DNA of 64,000 bases. It comes from a virus (lineage: Duplodnaviria > Caudoviricetes). Location of the stretch: positions 32,001 to 96,000 of the IMG/VR virus record IMGVR_UViG_3300042900_000746; one strand, written 5' to 3'. The translations under genes were made by a program, and so were the position numbers. Below the pieces are notes generated by a model. The model was not told the DNA's origin. It saw only the letters and a list, made by a program, of their open reading frames with translations, and searched no databases. Positions 9,321 to 20,300 of this stretch are shown here, in pieces (position 1 is the first letter of the stretch; each line of letters begins with the position of its first letter).

Positions 9321-11930
9321 TCAACTATTCTTAGCTACTGATGTTAATCTGTCATAATTCGAATCAAATGTTGCTGTCTTAATTTTCAACAGAACTGAGT
9401 CAGCCTTAGCGGGGATGTCTAAGTTGGGGATATTCTTTCTCATAATTAATCTGAATCGTAAATTATAAGGAACATATTCATACAAAACTCTAAAATTGGA
9501 ATTAATAACTTTATTGAAAGTAATATTTTTTCCACTTTGAATAAATAAAGTTAAATTAGTATCGTAGAATTTTGCGCTGTATTGACTATTGGTATAATTC
9601 GTCATATTTATTGCGTATGTTCCATCTGACAATAATATTTTAACAGGATTATACCCGGTTCCTGCGCTTCTGAATATAGTGCCTATTGTCGATCCATACG
9701 TAGCATCATTTAAATATCTCTCATTTATATATGGAGTATATTCTAAACTAATTGATCTATTCGAATCATTTTTAGCAAAAGCCTGACCTGGGCCAGAATT
9801 ATCGCCATAATTTTTTGTTATATCTTCATACAAATTATATTTAATAAAATCTATTTCATATGGATCATACATTACTGTATCCAATGAATACGATACGCAG
9901 AAAATACTTGCTGGCCCAAAAAGAGATCTATCCGTAATGGTAACTTTATTTGACACTACGTTAAATGAGTACTGATTAGTATTACATCTAAGGCCATCTT
10001 TAAATAGTACTAGAGATCCGCTCAATGCTCTAAATCTTAATTTAGCTGAAAAATCTGTAGTGTCAAAAAATATTACTTCAGAATCAATTGAAGTTTCAGA
10101 ATTAAATGCTATAGGCACCCAATCTAGTTCATTGTTAGGACTTTCTTTATTTGAAATAGAAAGTTCATAAGATAACAAGTTGTTTAGATTAAAACTTGCT
10201 GCCTCATTATTAACTGAACTTTTAATAACTTCAGCTTTACTTTTTACTGCTAATATCTGACCATTTACTGGAATTTTTCTACTGACAAAACAAGACTTAG
10301 CGACATTTAAAGAATCACTTTCTAAAAATTCTATTGATTTTAGAGAAAAAATATACTCATAACAATCTGGAGCTTCCTTGGTTAGAAGATCTAATACTGC
10401 GTCCTGCGCAGTTCCATGCGAACTAGCTTGTGTATAGAATTGATATTTTTGATCTGACATATTATTGCTATTGCCTTGCAATATATTTCCAGGGTAAGCT
10501 AGTGTTTGTTGTGGGTTTTTGGTTATTGATGATTCTACAAAGTAATTAGAATACATATTAGAATAATTAGTATCTAAATTAGATACTATATTGTAAAAGA
10601 GATTTTTAAATATTGGCGAATTAAATAATTTACCTCTGTCGCTTAAATCAAAATTATTTGCCTTAAATATTTCATCCGAGATCATCTTAGAATATTCATC
10701 AAGATCTTTAGGAAATCTATAGCTATAATATTCGTTTTCTACGTTTTTATTTTTAGACAAACCATTAACTGTATTATTTCTTTTGAAATGCCAATAAACC
10801 AAGTCTTGCATTAAGCTAAATTTTTTACTTCTTTCATTTAATCTTTCGTTAATAAATGACTGAATATTTTTTGAATTTAGTTCAGAAGTTATTGGTGCCA
10901 GTTTAGTTCTGATATAAGATGATTGATTAAAGATAAATATAAATTTATTAATTATTCTTTTGTCAAAAGATATTTCTAATCTTGAATCAAGATTTTTTGG
11001 TGTAGACAATAATAAATTGTACGACTCCGCCGCATTTAGATTCGATGAGTTTGTATTTGGCGGATTAAAAGCAACGATCTGCAGCAGTTGCAATCCGTTT
11101 CCGAGGTTTGGATTTAGTCTTATCGTATCAATGTTAATCCCAGAAACAAGCTCTACTTCGACAGCTGTTTGTGCTCCGTTAATTCTACTATAATCATAAT
11201 TTAAATATTTTAAATAATTAATTATATTTGAAGTTAAAACTATTGGACTTTTAATAGTTAAATTCCAAGAATCTTTTAGATTATCATTAAATAAATTATT
11301 GAAATTACTATCAGTAGTTATATAATTTGCATAGTTAGAAGCTATATTAATTGATTTAATATTGTTCATTATATTTTTATTAGAATAAGAATTTCCCATT
11401 TTAAGAATTCCACTAACAGTATCTATGAAATAATTCCCACCATTCACAAACGGCGCATTATCTCTATCTGGAATAGTAAAGTTAGACCCGTCATAAGAGT
11501 AATCATATAGGCTGTTATCAAATTTTTCAATATAATTAGCATTATATAAATCATCTTTACCTGAAATATATTCGTAATTGTTAATAAAAATTTCTAGATC
11601 ATTGATATCTTTGTGAATTTTTTCTATTTCAGAAGAAAGGACATCTATCATGGAATTTAGTGCAAGTCCAGCTGAATTGGCTCCATTATATAAATTGTTT
11701 AAACGCAAAGAAGAATCTCTGAAAAGCTCAACTAAGACTTCTTTATTTAAAGTGGTCAAACTTCCAATAGAAGCTGCTGCAAAATTATTTCCGGCAGTGA
11801 AACCAGATAATCTTTTGATTAAAGAACCAATCTCAATTTTATTAACCTTCATGTTTTTAATTAAAGAAGTTACAGTAGTTTTACTGAAACTGGAAAATGA
11901 ATTAATTGTGTCAGGTAAATTTCTCAGCAT
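9321..11930 (-). CDS. Baseplate/tail structural protein (about 869 aa)
   Basis: Likely ATG 11930 immediately after the upstream stop (ORF track starts at 11951); carries the paralog-family motifs. Confidence 0.75.
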   Translation of the reverse strand: MLRNLPDTINSFSSFSKTTVTSLIKNMKVNKIEIGSLIKRLSGFTAGNNFAAASIGSLTTLNKEVLVELFRDSSLRLNNLYNGANSAGLALNSMIDVLSSEIEKIHKDINDLEIFINNYEYISGKDDLYNANYIEKFDNSLYDYSYDGSNFTIPDRDNAPFVNGGNYFIDTVSGILKMGNSYSNKNIMNNIKSINIASNYANYITTDSNFNNLFNDNLKDSWNLTIKSPIVLTSNIINYLKYLNYDYSRINGAQTAVEVELVSGINIDTIRLNPNLGNGLQLLQIVAFNPPNTNSSNLNAAESYNLLLSTPKNLDSRLEISFDKRIINKFIFIFNQSSYIRTKLAPITSELNSKNIQSFINERLNERSKKFSLMQDLVYWHFKRNNTVNGLSKNKNVENEYYSYRFPKDLDEYSKMISDEIFKANNFDLSDRGKLFNSPIFKNLFYNIVSNLDTNYSNMYSNYFVESSITKNPQQTLAYPGNILQGNSNNMSDQKYQFYTQASSHGTAQDAVLDLLTKEAPDCYEYIFSLKSIEFLESDSLNVAKSCFVSRKIPVNGQILAVKSKAEVIKSSVNNEAASFNLNNLLSYELSISNKESPNNELDWVPIAFNSETSIDSEVIFFDTTDFSAKLRFRALSGSLVLFKDGLRCNTNQYSFNVVSNKVTITDRSLFGPASIFCVSYSLDTVMYDPYEIDFIKYNLYEDITKNYGDNSGPGQAFAKNDSNRSISLEYTPYINERYLNDATYGSTIGTIFRSAGTGYNPVKILLSDGTYAINMTNYTNSQYSAKFYDTNLTLFIQSGKNITFNKVINSNFRVLYEYVPYNLRFRLIMRKNIPNLDIPAKADSVLLKIKTATFDSNYDRLTSVAKNS

Positions 11931-11931
11931 C

Positions 11932-14900
11932 TCAGTTCCAACTGTTCCCATCCATGTCTTGAAGCTCGTAAGCTATACCAGCTGTTAGATTATTGGATAT
12001 AATATTGTAAATTTCTTTTTGGTCTACAAAATAATCTTTAACTTCTTTTGGTATTCTAATTATAACATACCCACCCTTATTGTAGGCTTTGCCAGATGGG
12101 GCATAGACGTCCCAGAAAGATAGTACCTCGGGAATTGCTTCTAATAACTCATAATTTGTTTTATCTACAGTTATCCCTCCACCCTTTAACCTTAGGTCTA
12201 CAGTCTCTGGCGCTACGCTATATGGATTATTGGTTACGTAAATAGTTGCTATTGGTAGAGCGAACGGATCATATTCGGACGATCTATTGTCAAAAATGGC
12301 TGTATCGTATGTGAAGTTAATGGCGGAATCATATAAATAATCATCAATTTTAATTAAATTATTTGTATTATTTTGAATATTTTGTTTTTTATAGATATTT
12401 TTTGGAAGTACATAAATATACAATGGTTGATTATAATAAATATTATTAGAATTTAAAACAGGATTCAATGGAATTGGCACTCCATTTATGTGATTAAGCA
12501 GAATATCCCTATTGACTGTCGTGTAGTTAACTTTAACCAATTGAGAATCTTGAGGTATCATATTCTTATTGAATTCTACTAAACCACTATAGCAATCAAT
12601 ATCTCTAATTTGTGAATATGCAATCTCTACCCATTGCGAAGATACGGATTCTCTAGTGTAAATTTTAATTTGAGGTTTAATAATTCCAACTATTGAATTT
12701 CTATTATTCGTAGGATGATTCCAAGCTAAAATCGGCGTGGAGCTTACCTGAATTTTATTAGAGCTAAGTATCAATGGAGATTCATTAACAATGTCCTGAT
12801 GTCCGAAACCAAATAGTTCTGAGGAGGGGGGTTCAAATTCATTAACTGTTGTGTACTCTGCGTTTAATTCTTGATCAATATAATTCGCTTTCCATCCAGT
12901 CCATTTACGTTCAGAAGAAATAGAAATCTTTTTCCAGAAACTTCCGGTAGTTAACCGCAGTGGCCACGCATCAAACTTAGATAAATTGTCATTGATTTTT
13001 CCTACTTTAATAGCAGAATTAGAATTAGTTTTGACAGAATATACTGGGACTATTGTTCTAAGTGGAACATTTACTGGCTTGAACGTTGTGTTTAATGTTG
13101 GACCAATGTATTCATTTTTATTTTGAGTATTGCCGTCCGCATCTATCGCGCAGACTCCAATAAATATATTGTTGACACCTCTAGATAGAATATCTATATA
13201 AGTTATTTGATTTCCTAAAAATTCTTTTTCTAGAATATCATAAAAACCATAAATGAATCCATCTTGGTTTTCTATTTCATTTTTTACTATAAATGAACCG
13301 TATCTTAAATCTATCTCTTCACTATTTATTGAAGATATTCCTGTTAATTGCGTATTGATTTCAGCTGAGGTCGGTAGTCCATAAGGCGATCCACTTTGAT
13401 TGCATAGCAATAAAATTCCATCATTCACATCTACTGAGTTTCTTGAATCAGAAAAAATACGACCGTCAATTGTCCTAAGTTTGTACCCAGTTGCTAAAGA
13501 ATTGGTAATATTAAATATTTGACTTCCACTATAATAAGTAGCTGACGTAGTTAAGCTATACTGGTTACCTGATGCTGTTAACGTTACAGGGTTTCCCGTA
13601 ACAGTAATCCCGTTAGAAGTTACTGTAGTGATAGCTGCACTATTTAGTGTTACTGATGTTGGCGCACTTGCAAAATTTATCATCAGATTATCAAAAGTAT
13701 GAGTTTCATTATCATCTAGCTTATATTCACCATTTGCAAAAGTCTCAGTTTTAGTTCCCTCAAATATTTGTGGATCAGAATAGGTGATCGAACTAACATA
13801 AGAAGCACTCCTAGTTAGGTTAGAGGTAGTATATGTCTTGCTGGCATCCAAGGCAGTTGTTACGTTATTGTGAGTCTCTTCAGAGACTACTATTGCAGTT
13901 ACAAGAGTCTCTCGAGCAGGCACAGTAACCGTCTGATCGCCAGGATCGACGTCCTTAATGGTAGTTCCATAAGCTTCAATTGCCTTAATGCCAAAACCTT
14001 CGCCATAGCCGTAATACGCAACTGATCTTCCAACAACCGACACCCACATGTACTTACAGTCTTCTGCTGGCATTCCGCCCATCTGAATAACAACATCTCG
14101 ATTGAATGCATTTGCGTTTATAGAACGCAAATTTGTTTTGAATATATCTTTCCCGAAAGAAGAGGACCATCCATACCCAACAATACTAAAATTTTTCCAA
14201 AGTGGATTATCATCGGCTTGAATTTCTATTGAATTTACAATCTTTAATTTTGAAGTATCTACTTCAAAGAATATAATATCTCTAGCTTCACTTGGCCCGC
14301 CAAATCCTGTAAAAGTTATTTTCCTATATGTTTGATTGCTTTCGAGACCTGACGCAACAACGGTAGCACGAGCTGCTTGCATGTACTTAATAACTTCTGG
14401 AACTTTAGTTACATCTCTAGCCCAAGTTATCCAATTATCAAAATTAGCTTCATTCTTCCAAAACTTAGTTAAATACCATTTAGTTTCACTATCAACTTTG
14501 CCATCTTCGTATAATTGCTCGTTGTCTATTTGGAATTTTTTTACTGCCGCCTCAGTAAGTGGACCATAGATGCCATCAACTACTGATTTATATGAGCCAT
14601 GAGCAGCCAGGGTAAACTGTATATATTTTACATATTCACCAGTTGGTGTCCGATCAGATGTCCATATCTTAGTGTCTTTATGAATATCTATATCGCCAGT
14701 ATATGGGAAAACATTATTTGCATTGGAAGTATCCGTTGGCCTCAAGAATCTTAGATCATCAATAGCTGATTCAAAATTTATGCAGCTGGCACTAGTTGAT
14801 ACTATTTCTCCACTGGGTAGGGTAGGATTAGTGGGGGTTAATCTTACCGATTTTAGTTGGGCACTGAATGTAGCCGTTAATCCAGTACTTAAAGTTACAT

Positions 14901-17343
14901 CAAATGCTACGGGCTTATCTACTGCTCTAGCATAGTTATATTTAGATGTTAAATTAAATGGATAAGATCTAAAAGAATTTAATACATTTAATTCATTATT
15001 TAATCTTCGTGTACCAGAAGTACTATATTGACTATCAATAACTGCGTAGGCGCCAAAATTACTTGGTATTGTTAGCTGCGGCGAAACTTTATCTGTATAC
15101 GCGTAACATTTAATATTTGGATCTGTTACTTTAAATAAATAATAAGATGAAGGTATATTTTCATTATTAATATTTGTACTGGTATTGACTACTGTCGTAT
15201 TACTTATTATGACATCAGGATTTGTGACCTCTATGAATATTTCAACATTAGATGACGATAAACTTTGAATTATTTCCCTTTGTGCAAGTGGCAAAAAACT
15301 ACTTAAGGATGATTTATAAAAATCAAATATAGAGCTATTATTATTGATAATAGCTCTAGCATATTTAGATTCTAAATTATTAATTAATACCTGTGTAAAA
15401 TACTGTTCTTTTTCATCATCAAACAACGCATTTTGATCCATAGTCCATGACGAATCCCACTGCGTAATAAAATTATATAAAGAACTTCTGATATCTATTG
15501 AACGAGTTGCTTGACTCCTGCAATATAAAGCGTAGGAAACTATATTGTACAATAATTTAAAAGGACCCTCAACGATACCAGAATACAATGTAGTTCCACT
15601 TAGATCCGCTGCAGTGGGGCCATAGTTCGAATCGGCTACTTGCTCCGGACTATTTATGCTATAAATAGAGTTGCAATATGGCATTAGTGGGAAGGTTGTT
15701 CCAATAATATTGCCTCGAGATAATGAATCTCCACTATTCGGATAGGCCAATACTACACCTGCGCTATATGTGGATGTAGAACTCGCGCCTAAATTTAGGA
15801 ATGAGTTTACTGTTGCTGCATTATTGAAATATTTATAGTTCTTATAGGCGTTTCCCCTATATGAATAATTGGATCCATATATTCCATAGTTGTCTTTTTC
15901 AAAGATACCATCTTGTATTGTCCATCCACCATTTTTAGTATTATCTAATAAAACATTAGTATCTACAGTATCTATATAGTTGGATGAAGTTGTTGCTGAA
16001 CTTAAGCTTAATTGTGGATTTAGTACTGTGGCATTGCATGTCCCACTGCTCATATCAAGAATTAAAGTTCCATTTTTTCTTAGAAATTCTTGAATTTTGG
16101 CGTTTTGATTTGCTGTTATTGATACTGGTGGAGACCAAGCTAAAACATCAAAATTATTAAGATCATCAATAGAATCTATATCGACCTTCCAATAAGAGGC
16201 CAATGTTTTGTCTGTGCCTGTTGCGTTGGGATTAACGAATGTATATTTAGCCAAATTAAACGGAGAGTTTTGCAACCTTGCAAAAACATATGGGTTAACA
16301 GTAGAATTATTTTCTTGAGTTGATGAGCTATATAAAACTCCTACCTTAACAGTTTTTTGTACAATAGTGCCAGAAGAATCTACTTCTGAACCATAGTTAA
16401 CTTGATCAAAATTAATATTATTTCTTGTCCTGGCAATCATTCGCCAGTTAAAAACTTCAAAACTTCTATAATCTTTAATGGCTTTTGACGGTACAACTAT
16501 TTGATATCCACTTTGTTGGTTTACTTGGGAAATTAAAGTGCGATATTTATGATCTATTTTTGTAATAGAAAAATTATTTTTATCTTTATAGTTATCATCT
16601 ATAACAAATGACTCTTCTGGAATTTCGTAAAAGTATGGAATGGCATTAATTGTTTCAGTATAATTTATATTTAGATTAAATATGTTTGCGTTGTCATCGC
16701 ATTCTACTTTGTCGTATACTAATTTCAAATTATTAGGTTCATCTGAATCAAGAAGCACTATAATTCTATAGGGAAATTGATTGTTTGCAAAATTATTTAA
16801 AGTTTTAAATGGTTCTAAAAGAATTCTGTATTTTTTGATATTAGTTATTGGGTCTACATATTCTTTGTTGTCTGCACCCAAAACTTTTATATTAAGATCT
16901 TTAATTGATTCAAACGGAACATATTGCTTTAAGGATATTAAAGATATATTTGCCGGACCAGTAATAAAATATCTACTGATGTACATATAGTGAACAAAGT
17001 CACTTGCGTCCGTTTTGGTAATATCTATTTTTTCTGTGTCTGTTGGTCTGTTTAAGAATATATTTCCAACAGTAATATCATTACTTGGAAAGTTATAACT
17101 TCCATCTATTTTTTTTAAGAAACCTAGCTCGTCAGCAAAGACTATGGTTGCCTTTAATCCGTCTTCATTTGTAATTCTATTTTCTTGTATACTTCCAGAT
17201 ATATCAACCATAGAGATGTTGCTGCGTGGGCTTACCTTCGATGAGGAAAACCATGATATACCAGCAGCTTCCGTGGGAATATTTTTGCCAATTTTAACTG
17301 ACTTTTCATTGCCATCTGTTGTTAAATTTTCAAACTTTTTCAT
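11932..17343 (-). CDS. Large baseplate/tail protein with an internal peptidoglycan-binding domain (1803 aa)
   Basis: GEYVKYIQFTL...VDGIYGPLTEAAVKKFQ...DGKVDSET matches the PG_binding_1 pattern at about 14475-14640; located in the baseplate cluster. Confidence 0.8.
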   Translation of the reverse strand: MKKFENLTTDGNEKSVKIGKNIPTEAAGISWFSSSKVSPRSNISMVDISGSIQENRITNEDGLKATIVFADELGFLKKIDGSYNFPSNDITVGNIFLNRPTDTEKIDITKTDASDFVHYMYISRYFITGPANISLISLKQYVPFESIKDLNIKVLGADNKEYVDPITNIKKYRILLEPFKTLNNFANNQFPYRIIVLLDSDEPNNLKLVYDKVECDDNANIFNLNINYTETINAIPYFYEIPEESFVIDDNYKDKNNFSITKIDHKYRTLISQVNQQSGYQIVVPSKAIKDYRSFEVFNWRMIARTRNNINFDQVNYGSEVDSSGTIVQKTVKVGVLYSSSTQENNSTVNPYVFARLQNSPFNLAKYTFVNPNATGTDKTLASYWKVDIDSIDDLNNFDVLAWSPPVSITANQNAKIQEFLRKNGTLILDMSSGTCNATVLNPQLSLSSATTSSNYIDTVDTNVLLDNTKNGGWTIQDGIFEKDNYGIYGSNYSYRGNAYKNYKYFNNAATVNSFLNLGASSTSTYSAGVVLAYPNSGDSLSRGNIIGTTFPLMPYCNSIYSINSPEQVADSNYGPTAADLSGTTLYSGIVEGPFKLLYNIVSYALYCRSQATRSIDIRSSLYNFITQWDSSWTMDQNALFDDEKEQYFTQVLINNLESKYARAIINNNSSIFDFYKSSLSSFLPLAQREIIQSLSSSNVEIFIEVTNPDVIISNTTVVNTSTNINNENIPSSYYLFKVTDPNIKCYAYTDKVSPQLTIPSNFGAYAVIDSQYSTSGTRRLNNELNVLNSFRSYPFNLTSKYNYARAVDKPVAFDVTLSTGLTATFSAQLKSVRLTPTNPTLPSGEIVSTSASCINFESAIDDLRFLRPTDTSNANNVFPYTGDIDIHKDTKIWTSDRTPTGEYVKYIQFTLAAHGSYKSVVDGIYGPLTEAAVKKFQIDNEQLYEDGKVDSETKWYLTKFWKNEANFDNWITWARDVTKVPEVIKYMQAARATVVASGLESNQTYRKITFTGFGGPSEARDIIFFEVDTSKLKIVNSIEIQADDNPLWKNFSIVGYGWSSSFGKDIFKTNLRSINANAFNRDVVIQMGGMPAEDCKYMWVSVVGRSVAYYGYGEGFGIKAIEAYGTTIKDVDPGDQTVTVPARETLVTAIVVSEETHNNVTTALDASKTYTTSNLTRSASYVSSITYSDPQIFEGTKTETFANGEYKLDDNETHTFDNLMINFASAPTSVTLNSAAITTVTSNGITVTGNPVTLTASGNQYSLTTSATYYSGSQIFNITNSLATGYKLRTIDGRIFSDSRNSVDVNDGILLLCNQSGSPYGLPTSAEINTQLTGISSINSEEIDLRYGSFIVKNEIENQDGFIYGFYDILEKEFLGNQITYIDILSRGVNNIFIGVCAIDADGNTQNKNEYIGPTLNTTFKPVNVPLRTIVPVYSVKTNSNSAIKVGKINDNLSKFDAWPLRLTTGSFWKKISISSERKWTGWKANYIDQELNAEYTTVNEFEPPSSELFGFGHQDIVNESPLILSSNKIQVSSTPILAWNHPTNNRNSIVGIIKPQIKIYTRESVSSQWVEIAYSQIRDIDCYSGLVEFNKNMIPQDSQLVKVNYTTVNRDILLNHINGVPIPLNPVLNSNNIYYNQPLYIYVLPKNIYKKQNIQNNTNNLIKIDDYLYDSAINFTYDTAIFDNRSSEYDPFALPIATIYVTNNPYSVAPETVDLRLKGGGITVDKTNYELLEAIPEVLSFWDVYAPSGKAYNKGGYVIIRIPKEVKDYFVDQKEIYNIISNNLTAGIAYELQDMDGNSWN

Positions 17344-20300
17344 TACTGTTCCTCATAATCTGGATGAGAATTCTCTAAGGTTGTTATATATTCTGGAGTT
17401 GATCCAAATAGCTTTAATTGATATTGATCAAATTTTCTTAATGGAACCCATTTTTCTGGAATCCAATTTGGTGTAGCGCCATTTGCAATAACGCTAGAAG
17501 AATCTGAATGCTTATACACGAAATTAGGAGTTGCAGTTAGATCTGAACCAGCCTGCTTGCTGTGGATGAATGAACCAGGTAAAGGCAGTCCTTCGCTAGC
17601 ATACTGCACGTTATCATAAGCTTCATTCCAATAAACGATATCACCAGATATAGTAACGGCAGTTAGTGATAAATCTTCCCCATCATTTATTAATAAGTTT
17701 CTGACTATAGTTGGATCATCAATCTCAATCTTAAGGAACCAGTGACCAGGATTGGTATTCGATTCAGAAGTAATATTATTGTTTATTGCAAAAGTGCCGT
17801 CAGAATTGGTTGTTATACTATCTGCGGGAGTTCCGTCAAAGAGGTCTAACAAAGTTCTTTCCTTAATCCAATTTAGATCTATTACGTGTTCAAATGGTCT
17901 ATTTTTCCAATAAACCCTACCTACAATTGATACATTTGTTAGCCCGTCAGCTTGGATCGAATACCTTACTGGTGTTGCTTTTACCTGTAAATGAAATTTA
18001 TTATTCATATGTATTTTAAATGGTATGACTTTTTGATATCCAGCGGTTGGTGTATCTGTAATGCCAGAAATCAATATCGAACTTTCATCCAATGTGGCAG
18101 GTATGGAGCCAGTGTATCTAACTATAGTAGTTGCAAAACCATTATCGTTTGTTTGGACTTGAGGGTCTTCAGCGTCAATCTCTGTGCTATAAATGTCAAA
18201 CGACATATTTGGTTTTAAGTTTCCGTTAATATCATAAGATACTATTGATAAATACATTAAATCTTCTGCTGAATCAGTTATATGTGCTGGTGATAGGTAG
18301 GCGTCTATCGATCCATATTCATATTCATTAGTATCAATGTAAACATAGCCTTCTTCTAAGGGATTACTAACTTGATTTATATCAAGGTCTATATTGTTAT
18401 GGTTATTCATATAATCTGATTCATAGATTATCTCATAAGAAGGAGTAGGTGACACAGTTGAAGGGGTAGTGGACAAGTATAAGTTAGCTACGTAAGAATC
18501 TTTTGCGCTGGAATAGACATCTTTATCTACATAAAAAGCGTTATTAACATAATATACGACTTCGTATTCTCTACCCTGGACTGATGGGGTAGCCTCTGAG
18601 AATGGCGAAATAACATTAGTTGCCGTACTCAAATTATTATATAAAGTTTTTCCTGTATATAAATCTTTTACAGATATTTTAGATATATTTTCATATGCCA
18701 GATATAAAGAGTTGCCACTATTTCCAAGAATATTTTCAGTATTATAAAAACTTGCCTTACCTGGTGTAGCTGAATCGGTAAATATTAAATTTCTATACTG
18801 AACAGCTGGTGTAGCTGAATCATTGGCGACATTTACTATTATAGGTGCACCGAATCTAGGTATAGAAGTTAATTCAATATTAAAAAACTTTCCAGTATGA
18901 TTTTGGGTTACTGGATTAGCATAAATATAGTGTTGGTCTTGATCAAGATATAACCAGCCGGTATTTAATCCAGTAAGATATGAACTCTCATTTAGATTAG
19001 TTCTCTTGGCATTGACGTTCACATATGTTTTTTCACTTGACGATATTGAGGAGTTTAAGCTATCTAGTAGTACCTCGGGATTATCTACATAAGCTTCTAT
19101 GCTGTTCGGTGTTGCTGCAAGTTTGACATAATTGATATCATATATATCTTCTAAATCTAAATTAAAAGAAGTTCTATTTAAATCAATAGTCTGCAAAAAT
19201 TTATCTTGATTATAGAAATAATTTTTTGATTCATTTATCTTATTGTAAGTATTATTATTTTCATCAATATAACCACTAAATACATTGGGCGTTGTGGTGG
19301 CAGTGAATATATCATTAGTAATCTTATCGAATGGATAATGAGACGAAGGGGTTGCAGCGTCAACGAGTATATAATTAGGAGTAGTAGAAGAGAAGTTAAT
19401 TGTTGCAGATGTTAGATAGTCTTTAGATCCTATCAAAGTGTTATTTGATGCATAAAATCCATACTTAATATTTGGAGATGATGGAACCAAGTATGAGTTT
19501 TGGGTATATGGATCTATTGCATATCCGCCATGAGAAGAATATGATCCAGAGCGATAAAGATCTTGTATTGCTGGAGTAGCTGCATTTATGTATAGATAGT
19601 TTAGGGATGAACCTGGTGGATATATGATCTTATCTAATAAATCATCTTTAAAAGATATAATTTTATTTTCTTTGCCGGAAGCAGATATATCATTTACGGA
19701 GTTTAATACAATATTAGAAGTTAATACATCAGAATTTTTTACCTCTTGCTTAGTTTCATAAACAGTGGATCCAATTCGTAGATTTGCATTTGTATAGTCT
19801 ATATTTGGTGATGTTAATGTGGTAGAGGTGCTAGGGCTTGGGTCGGATACATATGCTATGGGTGATGTGTTAAAAGAAGCTCTATAACCAGCAACTTCGA
19901 TTGTATCGTATGACTGTGTTCCCTGATTCCATCTAACACTATACGTAGTCTTAACGCTGGCTGCGTCATAGACACTAATTGAATTTGATGCTGGGGTAGC
20001 CTCTGTATTATAATACACGTCATTTGTTACTTTATTTCTAAACTCAAGATCGGTTAAAGTTAATCCATCTTGGTCAAATATTTTTATCAGACTAAATTCT
20101 GGACTTGCAGAGTGAGTAGATAAGAATCTATTTCCAACGTACATATCATCTCTATCTAGATAAGATAGATTGGTATAAAAAGTATTTGTTGCTGCATAGT
20201 TATCGTGGGGCGGTATAACAATTTCGTATGCTACTGCTACTCCTATGCTTTCGAACGGAACGGCAGTAAAAGACCGCACTGGACGCACGCGGATCGTGGG

